Assembly: GCA_020724905.1 (NCBI GenBank)
Contig: DYGB01000002.1
Span: 29,425 to 93,424, forward strand
Direction: 5' to 3'
Source of the DNA: Candidatus Paceibacter sp.
Lineage (GTDB): Bacteria; Patescibacteriota; Minisyncoccia; UBA6257; JAGOQP01
Length of the DNA: 64,000 bases
Shown here: positions 10,136-20,317 of the stretch, in pieces
Numbering within the stretch: the first letter of the stretch is position 1
How the letters are laid out: every line of letters begins with the position of its first letter
Notes under the pieces: model-generated
Seen by the model: only the letters and a program-made list of their open reading frames with translations
The model's database searches: none
What the model was told of the DNA's origin: nothing
Translations under genes and position numbers: made by a program

Positions 10136-11416
10136 TTACTGAGTTATTTTTTGGTTAAGTGTATCGACAGCTTTTTTGATCCATGAATCAGTTCCAGCGG
10201 TATAGGTGGGGGTTGTTGGATCTTGGGTTGCGTCTTTTTCAAGGGTAATGTCTGGGGTGATACCATTCCCATCAATCTGATGTCCTTGAGGAGTGAGCCA
10301 ATGAGCTATGGTTACTTTTACCATTGCTTTTCCACTGAGTGGAACAAGTTCTTGGACTGTTCCTTTCCCAAATGATGTTTCTCCTATGATAGTCGCATTA
10401 TTTTGTTCTTTGAGGGCTCCTGCAACAATTTCTGATGCTGATGCTGATCCTTTGTTGATAAGGATGGTGATGGGTTTTGAGGAAAGGAGTGAGGGTCCTT
10501 GGGAAGTAAATGTTTGTGTTGCAAGGGGTTCTCTGAATTCTTCTTGTACGATAACCTCTCCTTTTTCAACAAACCATCCTCCAATAAAGGTTGCGGCATG
10601 AAGGTATCCTCCTGGATTATTTCTTAAATCAAGCACAATTCCTTTTGAGCCGTAGAGAAGTGCTTTGAGGGCTGCTTGTTGAAATTCAAATGGTGATTGT
10701 TCGTAGAAATTATAGATACGGATATAGGCGATATCTCCGTTTTCATCTTCATCTCCTTCTCTATTGAGACGTTTAAAATCAAGTGTAGGAAGATCGATAC
10801 GTGCTCGTGTAATGGTAATATCTTTTTCTCCTTCTCCCTCTCTAAAGATACTTAGGACAACATCTGTTCCTATTTCTCCTCGAATCTTCTGTACTGCTTG
10901 AGCTGTGTTAAGTCCTCGTGTTGTTTCCCCGTCAATTTCAAGGATATAGTCCCCTGCTTGTATACCTGCTTTTTCTGCAGGGGTATTTGCAAGAGGAGCA
11001 ACGATGATAAGTTGTCTGTTTTCATCAAGTCCAATCTCTGCTCCAATGCCACTAAAGTGTCCTTCTATTTCATTGGTGAATTCTTGTGCATCTTCTGGAG
11101 GGAAGAATACAGAATTTTGGTCTCCGAGGGATGCAACGAGTCCTTGGATTGCTCCATAGACAAGCGCTTGATTGTCATCTACTTTTTCAGATGATACATA
11201 TTTCGATTTAAGAACATTCCATGTTTCCCAGAAAAGGTTAAAATCTGCAACATCCTCTTCGTGTTCGAGGTTTGCTACTCCTGAAATTTCTATGTTCTTT
11301 GTTTGTTCAAATCCACTTTTAAATCCAAGTGTGTAGACAAGAAAAAGGACTCCGATGGCAATGACTATGGAGACACCAATAATTCCTATTCTTTTTATAC
11401 TCTGCATCTGTTTCAT
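10136..11416 (-). CDS. ctpA: Carboxy-terminal processing protease (S41A, PDZ)
   Basis: FSGIGAEI, LDLRNNPGG, SASASE, TSFGKGTVQ, GITPDI. Confidence 0.93.
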   Translation of the reverse strand: MKQMQSIKRIGIIGVSIVIAIGVLFLVYTLGFKSGFEQTKNIEISGVANLEHEEDVADFNLFWETWNVLKSKYVSSEKVDDNQALVYGAIQGLVASLGDQNSVFFPPEDAQEFTNEIEGHFSGIGAEIGLDENRQLIIVAPLANTPAEKAGIQAGDYILEIDGETTRGLNTAQAVQKIRGEIGTDVVLSIFREGEGEKDITITRARIDLPTLDFKRLNREGDEDENGDIAYIRIYNFYEQSPFEFQQAALKALLYGSKGIVLDLRNNPGGYLHAATFIGGWFVEKGEVIVQEEFREPLATQTFTSQGPSLLSSKPITILINKGSASASEIVAGALKEQNNATIIGETSFGKGTVQELVPLSGKAMVKVTIAHWLTPQGHQIDGNGITPDITLEKDATQDPTTPTYTAGTDSWIKKAVDTLNQKITQ

Positions 11417-11490
11417 AGGGTTCTGTTGAAAAAGTGTATCATAGCGGTGGTAAAAAATATAGGCCTTTTTGCTTCTTTTTTGTATAATAG

Positions 11491-14091
11491 ATGCATATGC
11501 ATACTAATCCGTGGACGCTTGATCAGGGACATATTTTTTCTCACTACAAGACAGGAGAAAAAGGGCTTCTAGAATCTCAGGTTGATGAGCGACGAAGCAC
11601 GTATGGAAAGAATGTTATCAAGACAAAACGTCAACGAGGACCACTACAGATATTTCTCTCTCAGTTTAAAAGTCCTCTTATCTTTATTCTTATTATTGCT
11701 GGGATTGTAACACTTTTTTTAAGGGAGTGGATCGATGCGTGTGTTATCTTTCTTGCCATCTTTGTGAATGCAGCACTTGGATTTTATCAAGAGTCACGTG
11801 CAGAAAAATCACTTGAACTTCTTAAATCATATGTGAATGACAGGGCTCGTGTTATTCGAGATGGTGTTGAGATAGAGATTGATGCACGAGAATTAGTTGT
11901 TGGGGATCTTTTACATCTTTCTTACGGGTCTCGTGTTCCTGCTGATGCTCGCATTCTTTCATGTAAAGATTTTTCTGTTGATGAGTCTATCCTTACAGGA
12001 GAATCTCTTACAATTACCAAACAAAGTACTTCACTTCCTGCTGCCACTCCCCTTCCTGAACGAACGAATATGGTGTTCAGTGGCACATTAATTACTGAAG
12101 GATATGCAACAGCTATTGTTACTGCGGTAGGAGAACATACAGAATTTGGATCACTTGCTTCATTGGTATCAGAGACAGAGCGAGCCCAAACACCCCTGCA
12201 AAAGTCTGTTGGTCGTCTTGCCCGTTTTATCGCTATCTTTTTTATACTTTTTGTTATTGTTATTTTTGCTCTTGGAGTATGGAGGGGTGAGTCTATTGTT
12301 GATATGTTTGTTCTTTCTGCTGCTGTTGCGGTTGGTGCTATCCCTGAAGCACTTCCTATTGCACTTACTGTTGTGTTAACTATCGGTGTTGAGCGCATTG
12401 CTCGTCGGAAAGGTATTATGAGAAATCTTTCTGCTGCTGAAACGTTAGGGTCTACCACACTTATTATGACTGACAAGACAGGAACCCTTACCGAAGGAAA
12501 TCTTCAGTTCTTGGCGTCTCGTTCCTATGCTAACGCGTATTCTGATGTCCAGATGCTTCGGTTAGCTTCATATAATACTGATGTATTTGTTGAACACAGG
12601 AATCGTCCTCTTTTAGAATGGAATGTAACGGGGAAACCTTTAGAAGTAGGAGTTATTCGTGCCCTTATCAAACAGAATGATCATACGTTTCTTGGGGAGT
12701 ATGTTTCTTCTGATGCATTTCGTGTCATTCTCCCATTTAACTCAACAAACAAGTTTTCTGTTTCAGTGTATGAGGCAACTTCTCAGAAGTGGATTGAGGG
12801 GATCGATTCTTCTCTTGTGTTTGTGGGAGCTCCTGATATTCTTTTGGGAAAATCATCACTACAAGGTAAAGAAAAAGCATTAATTGAGAAAGAAATCGAA
12901 GCGTTGAGTAGTGAAGGGAAACGTATCTTAGGGGTCGGAATACATACGCTCCCCTCCTCTCTTGATCCTACAAAAGTACGTGATATAGAGGGTATTACAT
13001 TTGTGGGGTTATTGTTGTTTCATGATCCGGTTAGAGAAAGTGTTCCCGCTTCTATTGCTGATATGGAGAAACACTATGGGATTCGTGTTGTTATGGCAAC
13101 AGGAGATCTTCCAGGGACAGCGCTTGCTGTTGCGCATCAGTTAGGATGGGATGTTGATGCTTCTTCTGTGATGACAGGAAAAGAAGTTACCCTTCTTTCT
13201 GATGAGGAATTATTAATGAGACTTCCCTCTATACGTGTGTTTGCTCGCGTTACTCCTCAGGATAAGTTGCGCATTGGGCTTTTATACAAACAACAAGGAG
13301 AAATTGTTGGTATGACGGGAGATGGGGTGAATGATGCTCCATCTCTTAAGGCTGTTGATATTGGTATTGCGGTAGGGTCAGGAAGTGATGTAAGTAAAGA
13401 TGTTGCTGATTTAGTGTTACTTGATGATAATTTTACTACCATTGTGTCTGCTATTGAGGAAGGAAAACGTGTTCTTGCCAACATGAAAAAATCTTTTGTC
13501 TATCTCATGTCTAATTCTCTTGATGAGGTAGCCCTTATTGGACTAAGCTTATTTGCAGGACTTCCTCTCCCCCTTAGTGCGCTTCAGATTATTTGGGTTA
13601 ATTTCTTTACTGGAAGTATTCCCTCTCTTTCATTTGCCTTTGATTCAATCATTGATACACAAAAGAACCCTAAAAAAACACAAGGAAATATTCTTGATGG
13701 TGAGGTGAGGTTTTTAGTGTTAGGGATTGGTGTACTTACCTCACTTCTTCTTTTTGCTATCTATTGGGTACTTCTTGATCATGGATATGATGAAACCATT
13801 GTTCGATCATTTATTTTTACTTGTTTCTCTTCGTATATTTTGTTTGGAGCTTTTTCATTTAGGAGTCTCAAAAAACCTCTTTTCTCGTACAATATCTTTT
13901 CGAATACATTACTTAACATAGGAGTGGGAATTGGTATTCTTCTTATTATTGGCTCACTCTACGTTCCTTTTCTCGCATCTCTTTTTGGTGTGGTTCCCCT
14001 TTCTCTTCCATGGATTGGTGGAGTGATACTGTGGGGTATTGTTTCAGTCTTTCTTATCGAAAGTGCCAAGTGGATGTATCGAAATCGATAG
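11491..14091 (+). CDS. Cation-transporting P-type ATPase (P2A/Ca2+-like); start possibly 11497
   Basis: LTGES, AIPEALP, DKTGT, TGD, FARVTP, GDGVND. Confidence 0.92.
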   Translation: MHMHTNPWTLDQGHIFSHYKTGEKGLLESQVDERRSTYGKNVIKTKRQRGPLQIFLSQFKSPLIFILIIAGIVTLFLREWIDACVIFLAIFVNAALGFYQESRAEKSLELLKSYVNDRARVIRDGVEIEIDARELVVGDLLHLSYGSRVPADARILSCKDFSVDESILTGESLTITKQSTSLPAATPLPERTNMVFSGTLITEGYATAIVTAVGEHTEFGSLASLVSETERAQTPLQKSVGRLARFIAIFFILFVIVIFALGVWRGESIVDMFVLSAAVAVGAIPEALPIALTVVLTIGVERIARRKGIMRNLSAAETLGSTTLIMTDKTGTLTEGNLQFLASRSYANAYSDVQMLRLASYNTDVFVEHRNRPLLEWNVTGKPLEVGVIRALIKQNDHTFLGEYVSSDAFRVILPFNSTNKFSVSVYEATSQKWIEGIDSSLVFVGAPDILLGKSSLQGKEKALIEKEIEALSSEGKRILGVGIHTLPSSLDPTKVRDIEGITFVGLLLFHDPVRESVPASIADMEKHYGIRVVMATGDLPGTALAVAHQLGWDVDASSVMTGKEVTLLSDEELLMRLPSIRVFARVTPQDKLRIGLLYKQQGEIVGMTGDGVNDAPSLKAVDIGIAVGSGSDVSKDVADLVLLDDNFTTIVSAIEEGKRVLANMKKSFVYLMSNSLDEVALIGLSLFAGLPLPLSALQIIWVNFFTGSIPSLSFAFDSIIDTQKNPKKTQGNILDGEVRFLVLGIGVLTSLLLFAIYWVLLDHGYDETIVRSFIFTCFSSYILFGAFSFRSLKKPLFSYNIFSNTLLNIGVGIGILLIIGSLYVPFLASLFGVVPLSLPWIGGVILWGIVSVFLIESAKWMYRNR

Positions 14092-14127
14092 TTGTCAGAC
14101 CTTTTGTTCTGTTGTATTCTTTTTTAT

Positions 14128-14394
14128 ATGATAGACAAGAAAGAATATAGCGATCTTTTGCATGCACGAAAAAAAGAAAGTAGAGTGTATCAATCATTTC
14201 AGGCAACAGCACTTGCTCTTGCTGAGATTCTTGAAGACAAAGAACACGTGTCGTTGTACATGAGGCTTGCCAAGAAATATAACAATCAGGATTTGATACG
14301 TATTGCCAAAACAGTTGCAGAGAAAAAAGAGATTGAAAACAAAGGAGGGTACTTTATGACTGTCCTTAAAAAAAGTGATTTTTTTAACACGTAG
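14128..14394 (+). CDS. Hypothetical protein
   Basis: ATG at 14128; operonic with def/fmt. Confidence 0.7.
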   Translation: MIDKKEYSDLLHARKKESRVYQSFQATALALAEILEDKEHVSLYMRLAKKYNNQDLIRIAKTVAEKKEIENKGGYFMTVLKKSDFFNT

Positions 14395-14395
14395 T

Positions 14396-14917
14396 ATGTC
14401 ATATATCGAAAAAGAAAATCTTCATATGTGGGTAAAAGGAAATCCTCTCCAGGAGGCATTTTTGCGTACCCCTACTCCCCTGTTTGATTTTTCTTCTTCA
14501 AGAAAGGAGGATCGAGAAGAACTTATTGCTCATATGGAAAAGATGATGAGAACACATTATGGTGTTGGACTCTCTGCAAATCAGATTGGACTTCCTTTAC
14601 GTGTTTTTATTGCACGTCTTCCTGGAAGTGGAAGGTCACGATATCAAGGACCACTCTATGTTGTATTTAATCCTTCATTTTCTCACACATCATTCTTAAA
14701 AGAATGGGGTGAGGAAGGATGTTTGAGCATTCCCGGTGTCTATGGAGAAGTGAAACGATACAAGAAGGTAACACTTGTAGGGCAAGATGTATCAGGAAAG
14801 GATATAGAGATTGCTGCTGATGGATTTTTAGCACGCATTTTTCAACATGAACTTGATCATCTAAATGGTATTCTTTTTACCGATAAAGCACGAAATATTG
14901 TAACAAGACATGACTAA
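14396..14917 (+). CDS. def: Peptide deformylase
   Basis: GVGLSANQIG, EGCLS, QHELDH. Confidence 0.96.
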   Translation: MSYIEKENLHMWVKGNPLQEAFLRTPTPLFDFSSSRKEDREELIAHMEKMMRTHYGVGLSANQIGLPLRVFIARLPGSGRSRYQGPLYVVFNPSFSHTSFLKEWGEEGCLSIPGVYGEVKRYKKVTLVGQDVSGKDIEIAADGFLARIFQHELDHLNGILFTDKARNIVTRHD

Positions 14918-15740
14918 CATTCCTTATATTTTTTTTGGTACTCCTCGATTTGCTCAGATTGTTCTCTCTGAGCTATGTGAGAAGGGTATGGCTCCTACAC
15001 ATGTTGTGTGTAATCCTGATAGGCCACAGGGACGAAGTGGTATACTTACCCCTCCTCCCGTAAAGGTCTATGCTCAGCAGCAGAATATTCCTGTATTACA
15101 ACCAGAAAATTCAGAGCAACTTACTGTGATGCTTTCTGAGCTTTCTGTCTCCTATGGCGTTGTTGCTGCTTATAGTATGATCATTCCTTCTTCTGTGCTT
15201 TCACTTTTTAAAGCTGTGTTAGGGGTGCATCCTTCCCTCCTTCCTCTCTATAGAGGTTCCTCCCCTATCCAATACGCCCTTCTTGATGGGGTAGAGACAA
15301 CAGGAGTGAGTATCTATCTTTTAGATAAGAAGATGGATCATGGGCCCCTGATTGCATCAGAGGAGATTGTAGTAACTGATACTGATACTTACAGCTCTCT
15401 TGAAGAAAAACTTGCCTCCCTTGGGGGATCTCTTCTTGTATCTTCTTTTCCCTCATTTGTGAAAGGATCTTTGATACCCCAGGAACAGAACCATGAGGAT
15501 GCAACATATACGAAAAAAATACATACCGATGATGGGTATGTTGACCTTACAAAAGACAATCCAGAAGATGTGTACAGGAAGATACGAGCCTTCTATCCTG
15601 AACCTGGGGTCTATACCCTTATTGAAGGAAAACGCACTAAACTTCTCTCAGCCCATAGAGAAGAAAACGGTATTGTTATTGATGCTATTCTTCCTGAAGG
15701 GAAGAAAAAAAAAGAGGCACGTATTGAGTTGTGGAAATAA
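14910..15740 (+). CDS. fmt: Methionyl-tRNA formyltransferase
   Basis: FFGTPRFA, PDRPQGR, HPSLLP.YRG.SPI, MDHG. Confidence 0.95.
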   Translation: MTNIPYIFFGTPRFAQIVLSELCEKGMAPTHVVCNPDRPQGRSGILTPPPVKVYAQQQNIPVLQPENSEQLTVMLSELSVSYGVVAAYSMIIPSSVLSLFKAVLGVHPSLLPLYRGSSPIQYALLDGVETTGVSIYLLDKKMDHGPLIASEEIVVTDTDTYSSLEEKLASLGGSLLVSSFPSFVKGSLIPQEQNHEDATYTKKIHTDDGYVDLTKDNPEDVYRKIRAFYPEPGVYTLIEGKRTKLLSAHREENGIVIDAILPEGKKKKEARIELWK

Positions 15741-15839
15741 TGAGAGTAAGGGTTATAACTTGACCTGTATATAAATATATGTAATAATATATCTATATAG
15801 GTCTTTTACATATTTTATATAAAACAAAAGAGGTGGAAA

Positions 15840-16319
15840 ATGAAAAAGTACCAACATTTCACAGTTACTAGTCAAAATATTCAAATTCCTCAGCAAACCT
15901 TCAGTAAAAATGAATTTTTCAAAAAAAAATTCATTTGGATGTCAGATAATTTTGGAAAAGACATCCTTCCTGAAATTGAAGAAATTATTACTCCGGCATC
16001 TTATGTCCTTACTTCTCTTAAACTAAACAGATCCCTCTCCGACTCTTCTATTAGAAAAATTCTTGGTAAGGATGAGGTTGTATCACTTCATCAGTGGGCG
16101 CAAGAAACATGTGCACTGATGGAAGAACAAAGTGAGGGGCAAGCCGGTCCATTGCTCACCGACGGATATGCAAATGTCCGATACGTACAATCTAGCAGTG
16201 GGACCATTCTTGCTATAGGTGTGCTCTGGATCGATGGGGTTCGTCAGTGGTATTGTTGCGCATGGGAGTTGGATATAAGCCTTTGGAGTGATGATTGTGG
16301 GTTTTTTATTAGAAGTTAG
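15840..16319 (+). CDS. Hypothetical protein with Trp-rich, possibly C-type-lectin-like C-terminus
   Basis: SD GAGGT; LLTDGYAN..V.W...W....W...W....FF.R. Confidence 0.65.
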   Translation: MKKYQHFTVTSQNIQIPQQTFSKNEFFKKKFIWMSDNFGKDILPEIEEIITPASYVLTSLKLNRSLSDSSIRKILGKDEVVSLHQWAQETCALMEEQSEGQAGPLLTDGYANVRYVQSSSGTILAIGVLWIDGVRQWYCCAWELDISLWSDDCGFFIRS

Positions 16320-16388
16320 TTTTTCTTCTCTCCTTATATATTCTTCTCTTTTTCCCCTTTATTCTTATACCCCCTTTAGGGGGTATTT

Positions 16389-17393
16389 TTATTCATCCCA
16401 ATCAAGTGATCCTGATTTGTATTCTGTGACACGTGTTTCAAAGAAGTTCTTTTCTTTTTTGAGATCTATAATTTCACTCATCCAGGGAAATGGATTTTTT
16501 GTGTTATATACCTTTGGAAGTCTAATTCTTTCAAGCCTTCTATCAGCAATATATTTAATGTAGTCATGAATAATATCAGCATTAAGTCCTGCAATTCCTT
16601 TTGGAAGAGAATCTTTTGCATAGGCATATTCTAGTGCAACTGCCTTTTTAATATTTTCTACAATGGTATCTTTGAGTTCTTGGTCCCAGGCTTTGGGGTT
16701 TTCATCAGCAATGGTATTTATCAGATCACTTCCAAATGCAAGGTGGACTGATTCATCTCGAAGAATAAATTGAAACTGCTCCCCTACCCCTACCATTTTG
16801 TTTTGTCGTAAGAGTGAGAGCATCATGGCAAATCCTGCATAAAAGAAAATTCCTTCCATGATAACGTAGTATCCAACAAGATCATGGATAAAGCGTCTAA
16901 TATCTTCTGGCGTTTTTGTTTCAAATGAAGGATCAAGAATTGATTTTGTCATATTAACAACAAACTCATCCTTCTCTTTGATGCTTGGTATGGTCAGATA
17001 CATGTTATATACCTCATCAGGATCAAGTCCCAGTGTGTCACAGGTGTAGATAAATGTATCAGTATGGATAGCTTCTTCATAGGCTTGCCTTAAAAGATAC
17101 TGTCTGCACTCTGGATTGGTTATGTGTTTGTAGATAGCAAGGACGATGTTATTTGCAGTAAGGCTCTCTGCTGTTGAGAAGAATCCTAAGTTCCAGAGAA
17201 TCATACGCCTCTCATCTTCACTGAGTGCAGTAGGACTTTTCCACATCTCAACATCTTTTTGCATGTTTACCTCTTCGGGGACCCAGTTATTAGCGACACC
17301 ATCTTTGTAGTGTTTTCGTGCCCAGGTATATTTAATGGGAAGTATTTTATTAGGGTCAGTATTATTACAGTTAAGAATTGTTTTTTTCTCCAT
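16389..17393 (-). CDS. nrdB: Ribonucleotide reductase beta subunit, class Ic (R2c)-type ligand pattern
   Basis: FFSTAES, EEAIHTDTF, MEGIFFY, RDESVH, C-terminal NFFETRVTEY. Confidence 0.93.
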   Translation of the reverse strand: MEKKTILNCNNTDPNKILPIKYTWARKHYKDGVANNWVPEEVNMQKDVEMWKSPTALSEDERRMILWNLGFFSTAESLTANNIVLAIYKHITNPECRQYLLRQAYEEAIHTDTFIYTCDTLGLDPDEVYNMYLTIPSIKEKDEFVVNMTKSILDPSFETKTPEDIRRFIHDLVGYYVIMEGIFFYAGFAMMLSLLRQNKMVGVGEQFQFILRDESVHLAFGSDLINTIADENPKAWDQELKDTIVENIKKAVALEYAYAKDSLPKGIAGLNADIIHDYIKYIADRRLERIRLPKVYNTKNPFPWMSEIIDLKKEKNFFETRVTEYKSGSLDWDE

Positions 17394-17407
17394 AGATGTT
17401 TTTTACA

Positions 17408-20098
17408 TTACTCACATGCTTCACATATATTTTCGCTCACAATGACGTTTTGTGGACGAGAGGTATGGTGCTTATTAATATCAATAGTACTTTTTTCTAT
17501 CGATGATGCTCCAAGCGTTCGTAAATAGTATGTTGTTTTGATTCCTTTCTTCCATGCGGTTTGATAGATGCGTCCAATTTCTGGTCCTGACTGACTTGTG
17601 GTAAAGATATTTAACGATTGACTCTGATCGATCCATTTTGATCTTCGGGCAGCATGTTCGATAATCCAGGATGCATCAATCTCAAATACTTCTTTGTAGG
17701 TATCTCTGATGTGTTGAGGTATTTCTTCTATCTGTTGAATACTTCCTTCATAGTACTTTATCTTCTCAAGCATGTCTTGGTTCCAGAGATTTTCTTTTTT
17801 CAATGCTTCTACAAGGTGTGTGTTAATAACGGTAAACTCTCCACTGAAATTAGACTTAGTATAGAGGTTTTTATATATCGGTTCTATTGAAGGAAGACTT
17901 CCTGAGATATTTGCAATAGTTGCTGTTGGAGCTATTGCTAAACAGTTTGAATTACGCATTCCTTGTGTTGCTACCTTCTGTTTGAGCTCATCCCATGGAA
18001 GAGAGCTTTCCATGTTCACTTTTAAGGGCTCTGAGCGCTCTTTTTCAAGAAGTTTTAGCGTATCAAGGGGAAATATACCCCTTTCCCATTTAGAGCCTTT
18101 ATATGTCTCATATGAGCCCTTTTCTTTGGCAAGATTACTTGATCCTTCTATAGCATGATATGAGATATATTCCATGAGGGTATCGGACAGTGTCACCGCT
18201 TCATTGCTGTCAAATTTCATATTAAGGAGGTAGAGTGCATCCTGCCACCCCATCATCCCCAGCCCTATGGGTCGATGTTGTATATTTGATTTCTGTGCTT
18301 CTGGGGTTGGATAAAAGTTGAGGTTGATAACATTATCAAGCATACGGATAGCGATATGAATTGTTTCTTTAAGATCTTCCCAGTTAAGACTAGAGTCTGT
18401 AACGAAGTGAGGAATGTTAAGAGAACCAAGATTACACACTGCCGTTTCTTCTTTTGAAGTGTTGAGCGTTATTTCTGTACAGAGGTTTGAGCTATGGACC
18501 ACTCCAACATGATCTTGAGGGGATCTAATGTTGCAAGGGTCTTTAAAGGTAATCCAGGGGTGTCCTGTTTCAAAAAGTTGGGTAATCATTTTCCTCCATA
18601 ACTTTTGAGCAGGAATTTTTTTGTACAATGCGATATTCCCCTTTTCTACTTTCTGTTCGTAGTATTCATAGCGTTCTTTAAATGCAGCTCCATAGAGATG
18701 GTGGAGATCTGGGGTTTCGTTAGGAGAAAAGAGTGTCCAGTCTGTATTCTCTGCAACACGTTGCATAAAGAGATCAGGGATCCAATGAGCAGTATTGGTA
18801 TCATGTGTTCGTCTCCTATCATCCCCTGTGTTTTTTCTCAGCTCAATAAAATCTTCAATATCATAGTGCCAGGTTTCAAGATAGACACAGGTTGCTCCCC
18901 TTCTTTTCCCACTTCTGTTAATCGCAGCTGTTGTTGAGTCAACAATTTTTAAAAAAGGAATAACTCCTTGGCTTCCTACATTGGTGCTTTTAATATGAGC
19001 ACCCGTTGCTCTAATGTTGGTCCAATCATTCCCTATTCCTCCTGACCATTTTGCGAGTTGTGCGTTATCTCCAATTGCTTTAAATATGTGGGTTAGATCA
19101 TCTTCTACAGTAGTAAGGTAACAAGAACTCATTTGTGGATGAGTTGTTCCTGCATGAAAGAGTGTTGGGGTTGAGGGAAGATAGCTGAGTGATGACATGG
19201 TGGCATAGAAGGTTTGGGCCCACCTGTCTTTATCGTTTTCTTCAAGTGCTAGTCCCATAGCAATACGCATCCAGAAGTATTGTGGGAGTTCGTATATCTG
19301 TTGTGCATCGTCTTTCATAAAGTATCGGTCATAGAGAGTTTGTGCTCCAAGATACTGAAAGAGTGTGTCACGCTCTGGTGCCAAAGAAGAAGCAAGGGCT
19401 TCTAAATCAAATGAGAGAAGTCTTTTGTCATATCGTCCTAGTGTTACTCCTTTTTTGATACTGTCTTTAAATTTTATTCTGTACTGTTGCTCAAAAGTAG
19501 CATCATGTGATGCTACGCCTAGGATGCTTTCATAGAGATCATCAAAAAGTACACGGGTGGCGGCGTATGAAAGACCTGGTTCTTGTTCGATTCGTGCTCG
19601 AAGAGAGAATATAATGAGCGTTCGTATCTCTGATGCAGGAATATGATGATATACTCCCCTTTTAACTTCATCGATGATATCTGGAATGAGGGAATGGTAT
19701 GAAGGATCTATTGTTACGGACAGGTATGTATGAAGAATTTCTTTACTAAAAGGTTCTTCTTTTCCTTTTCTTTGTATAAAAAGTTGTTTCTGTTGTATTT
19801 GTTTTTCTTTTTCTGCTTCTCGTTTTTGAGTACGTTGCTGTCTATACAGGGTATAGGCATGAGAGACAGTACTATATCCTTTTTCTTCAAGGGTACGCTC
19901 TACTTTGTCTTGTACATATTCAACGGTGGGGGTGTCGGTGGTAATAGTTGCTACTACAGCATCAGTAAGGGTAACAAGAAGATCATGAGTGTGGGGAGTG
20001 TTTGTTGCCTCAAATGCTTTTCCTATCGCACGAGTTATTTTTTCTTTCTCAAAAGGGACCTTTGCTCCTGTTCTTTTTTGTATGTGTGTGATAGGCAT
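17408..20098 (-). CDS. nrdA: Ribonucleotide reductase alpha subunit with N-terminal ATP-cone(s)
   Basis: QMSSCY, SNLCTEI, VCNLGS, APTATIA, KTTYYLR, C-terminal CEACE. Confidence 0.96.
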   Translation of the reverse strand: MPITHIQKRTGAKVPFEKEKITRAIGKAFEATNTPHTHDLLVTLTDAVVATITTDTPTVEYVQDKVERTLEEKGYSTVSHAYTLYRQQRTQKREAEKEKQIQQKQLFIQRKGKEEPFSKEILHTYLSVTIDPSYHSLIPDIIDEVKRGVYHHIPASEIRTLIIFSLRARIEQEPGLSYAATRVLFDDLYESILGVASHDATFEQQYRIKFKDSIKKGVTLGRYDKRLLSFDLEALASSLAPERDTLFQYLGAQTLYDRYFMKDDAQQIYELPQYFWMRIAMGLALEENDKDRWAQTFYATMSSLSYLPSTPTLFHAGTTHPQMSSCYLTTVEDDLTHIFKAIGDNAQLAKWSGGIGNDWTNIRATGAHIKSTNVGSQGVIPFLKIVDSTTAAINRSGKRRGATCVYLETWHYDIEDFIELRKNTGDDRRRTHDTNTAHWIPDLFMQRVAENTDWTLFSPNETPDLHHLYGAAFKERYEYYEQKVEKGNIALYKKIPAQKLWRKMITQLFETGHPWITFKDPCNIRSPQDHVGVVHSSNLCTEITLNTSKEETAVCNLGSLNIPHFVTDSSLNWEDLKETIHIAIRMLDNVINLNFYPTPEAQKSNIQHRPIGLGMMGWQDALYLLNMKFDSNEAVTLSDTLMEYISYHAIEGSSNLAKEKGSYETYKGSKWERGIFPLDTLKLLEKERSEPLKVNMESSLPWDELKQKVATQGMRNSNCLAIAPTATIANISGSLPSIEPIYKNLYTKSNFSGEFTVINTHLVEALKKENLWNQDMLEKIKYYEGSIQQIEEIPQHIRDTYKEVFEIDASWIIEHAARRSKWIDQSQSLNIFTTSQSGPEIGRIYQTAWKKGIKTTYYLRTLGASSIEKSTIDINKHHTSRPQNVIVSENICEACE

Positions 20099-20115
20099 AT
20101 GTTTTTTATGGGGTT

Positions 20116-20157
20116 AAAAAACTGCCTCCAGAAAGGTATTTCGTAAAAGCAGTTTTT
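20116..20157 (-). terminator. Terminator in the nrdA leader (riboswitch expression platform)
   Basis: Minus strand AAAAACTGC...GCAGTTTTTT, ending 17 nt before the nrdA ATG. Confidence 0.7.
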
Positions 20158-20191
20158 ATGTGTACTGTGTGTCGCGACAAACCCGTTTGTT

Positions 20192-20264
20192 CTTTATAAG
20201 GAGGATCGGACTCTTACCGTTGCGCGTCAGTGATGGAATTACACCACACTTCACTCCTCTAAAG
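20192..20264 (-). ncRNA. Cobalamin riboswitch (compact, class II-like)
   Basis: Minus strand GAGGAGTGAAGTGTGGTGTAATTCCATCACTGACGCGCAACGGTAAGAGTCCGATCCTCC: GAA-P4 T-loop, P5 with GCAAC.GT, AGTCCGA B12 box, closing GGAG/CTCC helix. Confidence 0.8.
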
Positions 20265-20308
20265 TTCAATTGTTGGTTTAGTATTATGACATACTTTCCA
20301 CTCTTTTC

Positions 20309-20317
20309 TGTGGATAA
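20309..20317 (-). promoter_or_regulatory. Perfect DnaA box upstream of nrdAB
   Basis: TTATCCACA on the minus strand. Confidence 0.55.

Noticed and set aside
20309-20317. oriC
   Set aside because: DnaA boxes are isolated, not clustered, and there is no dnaA/dnaN context.
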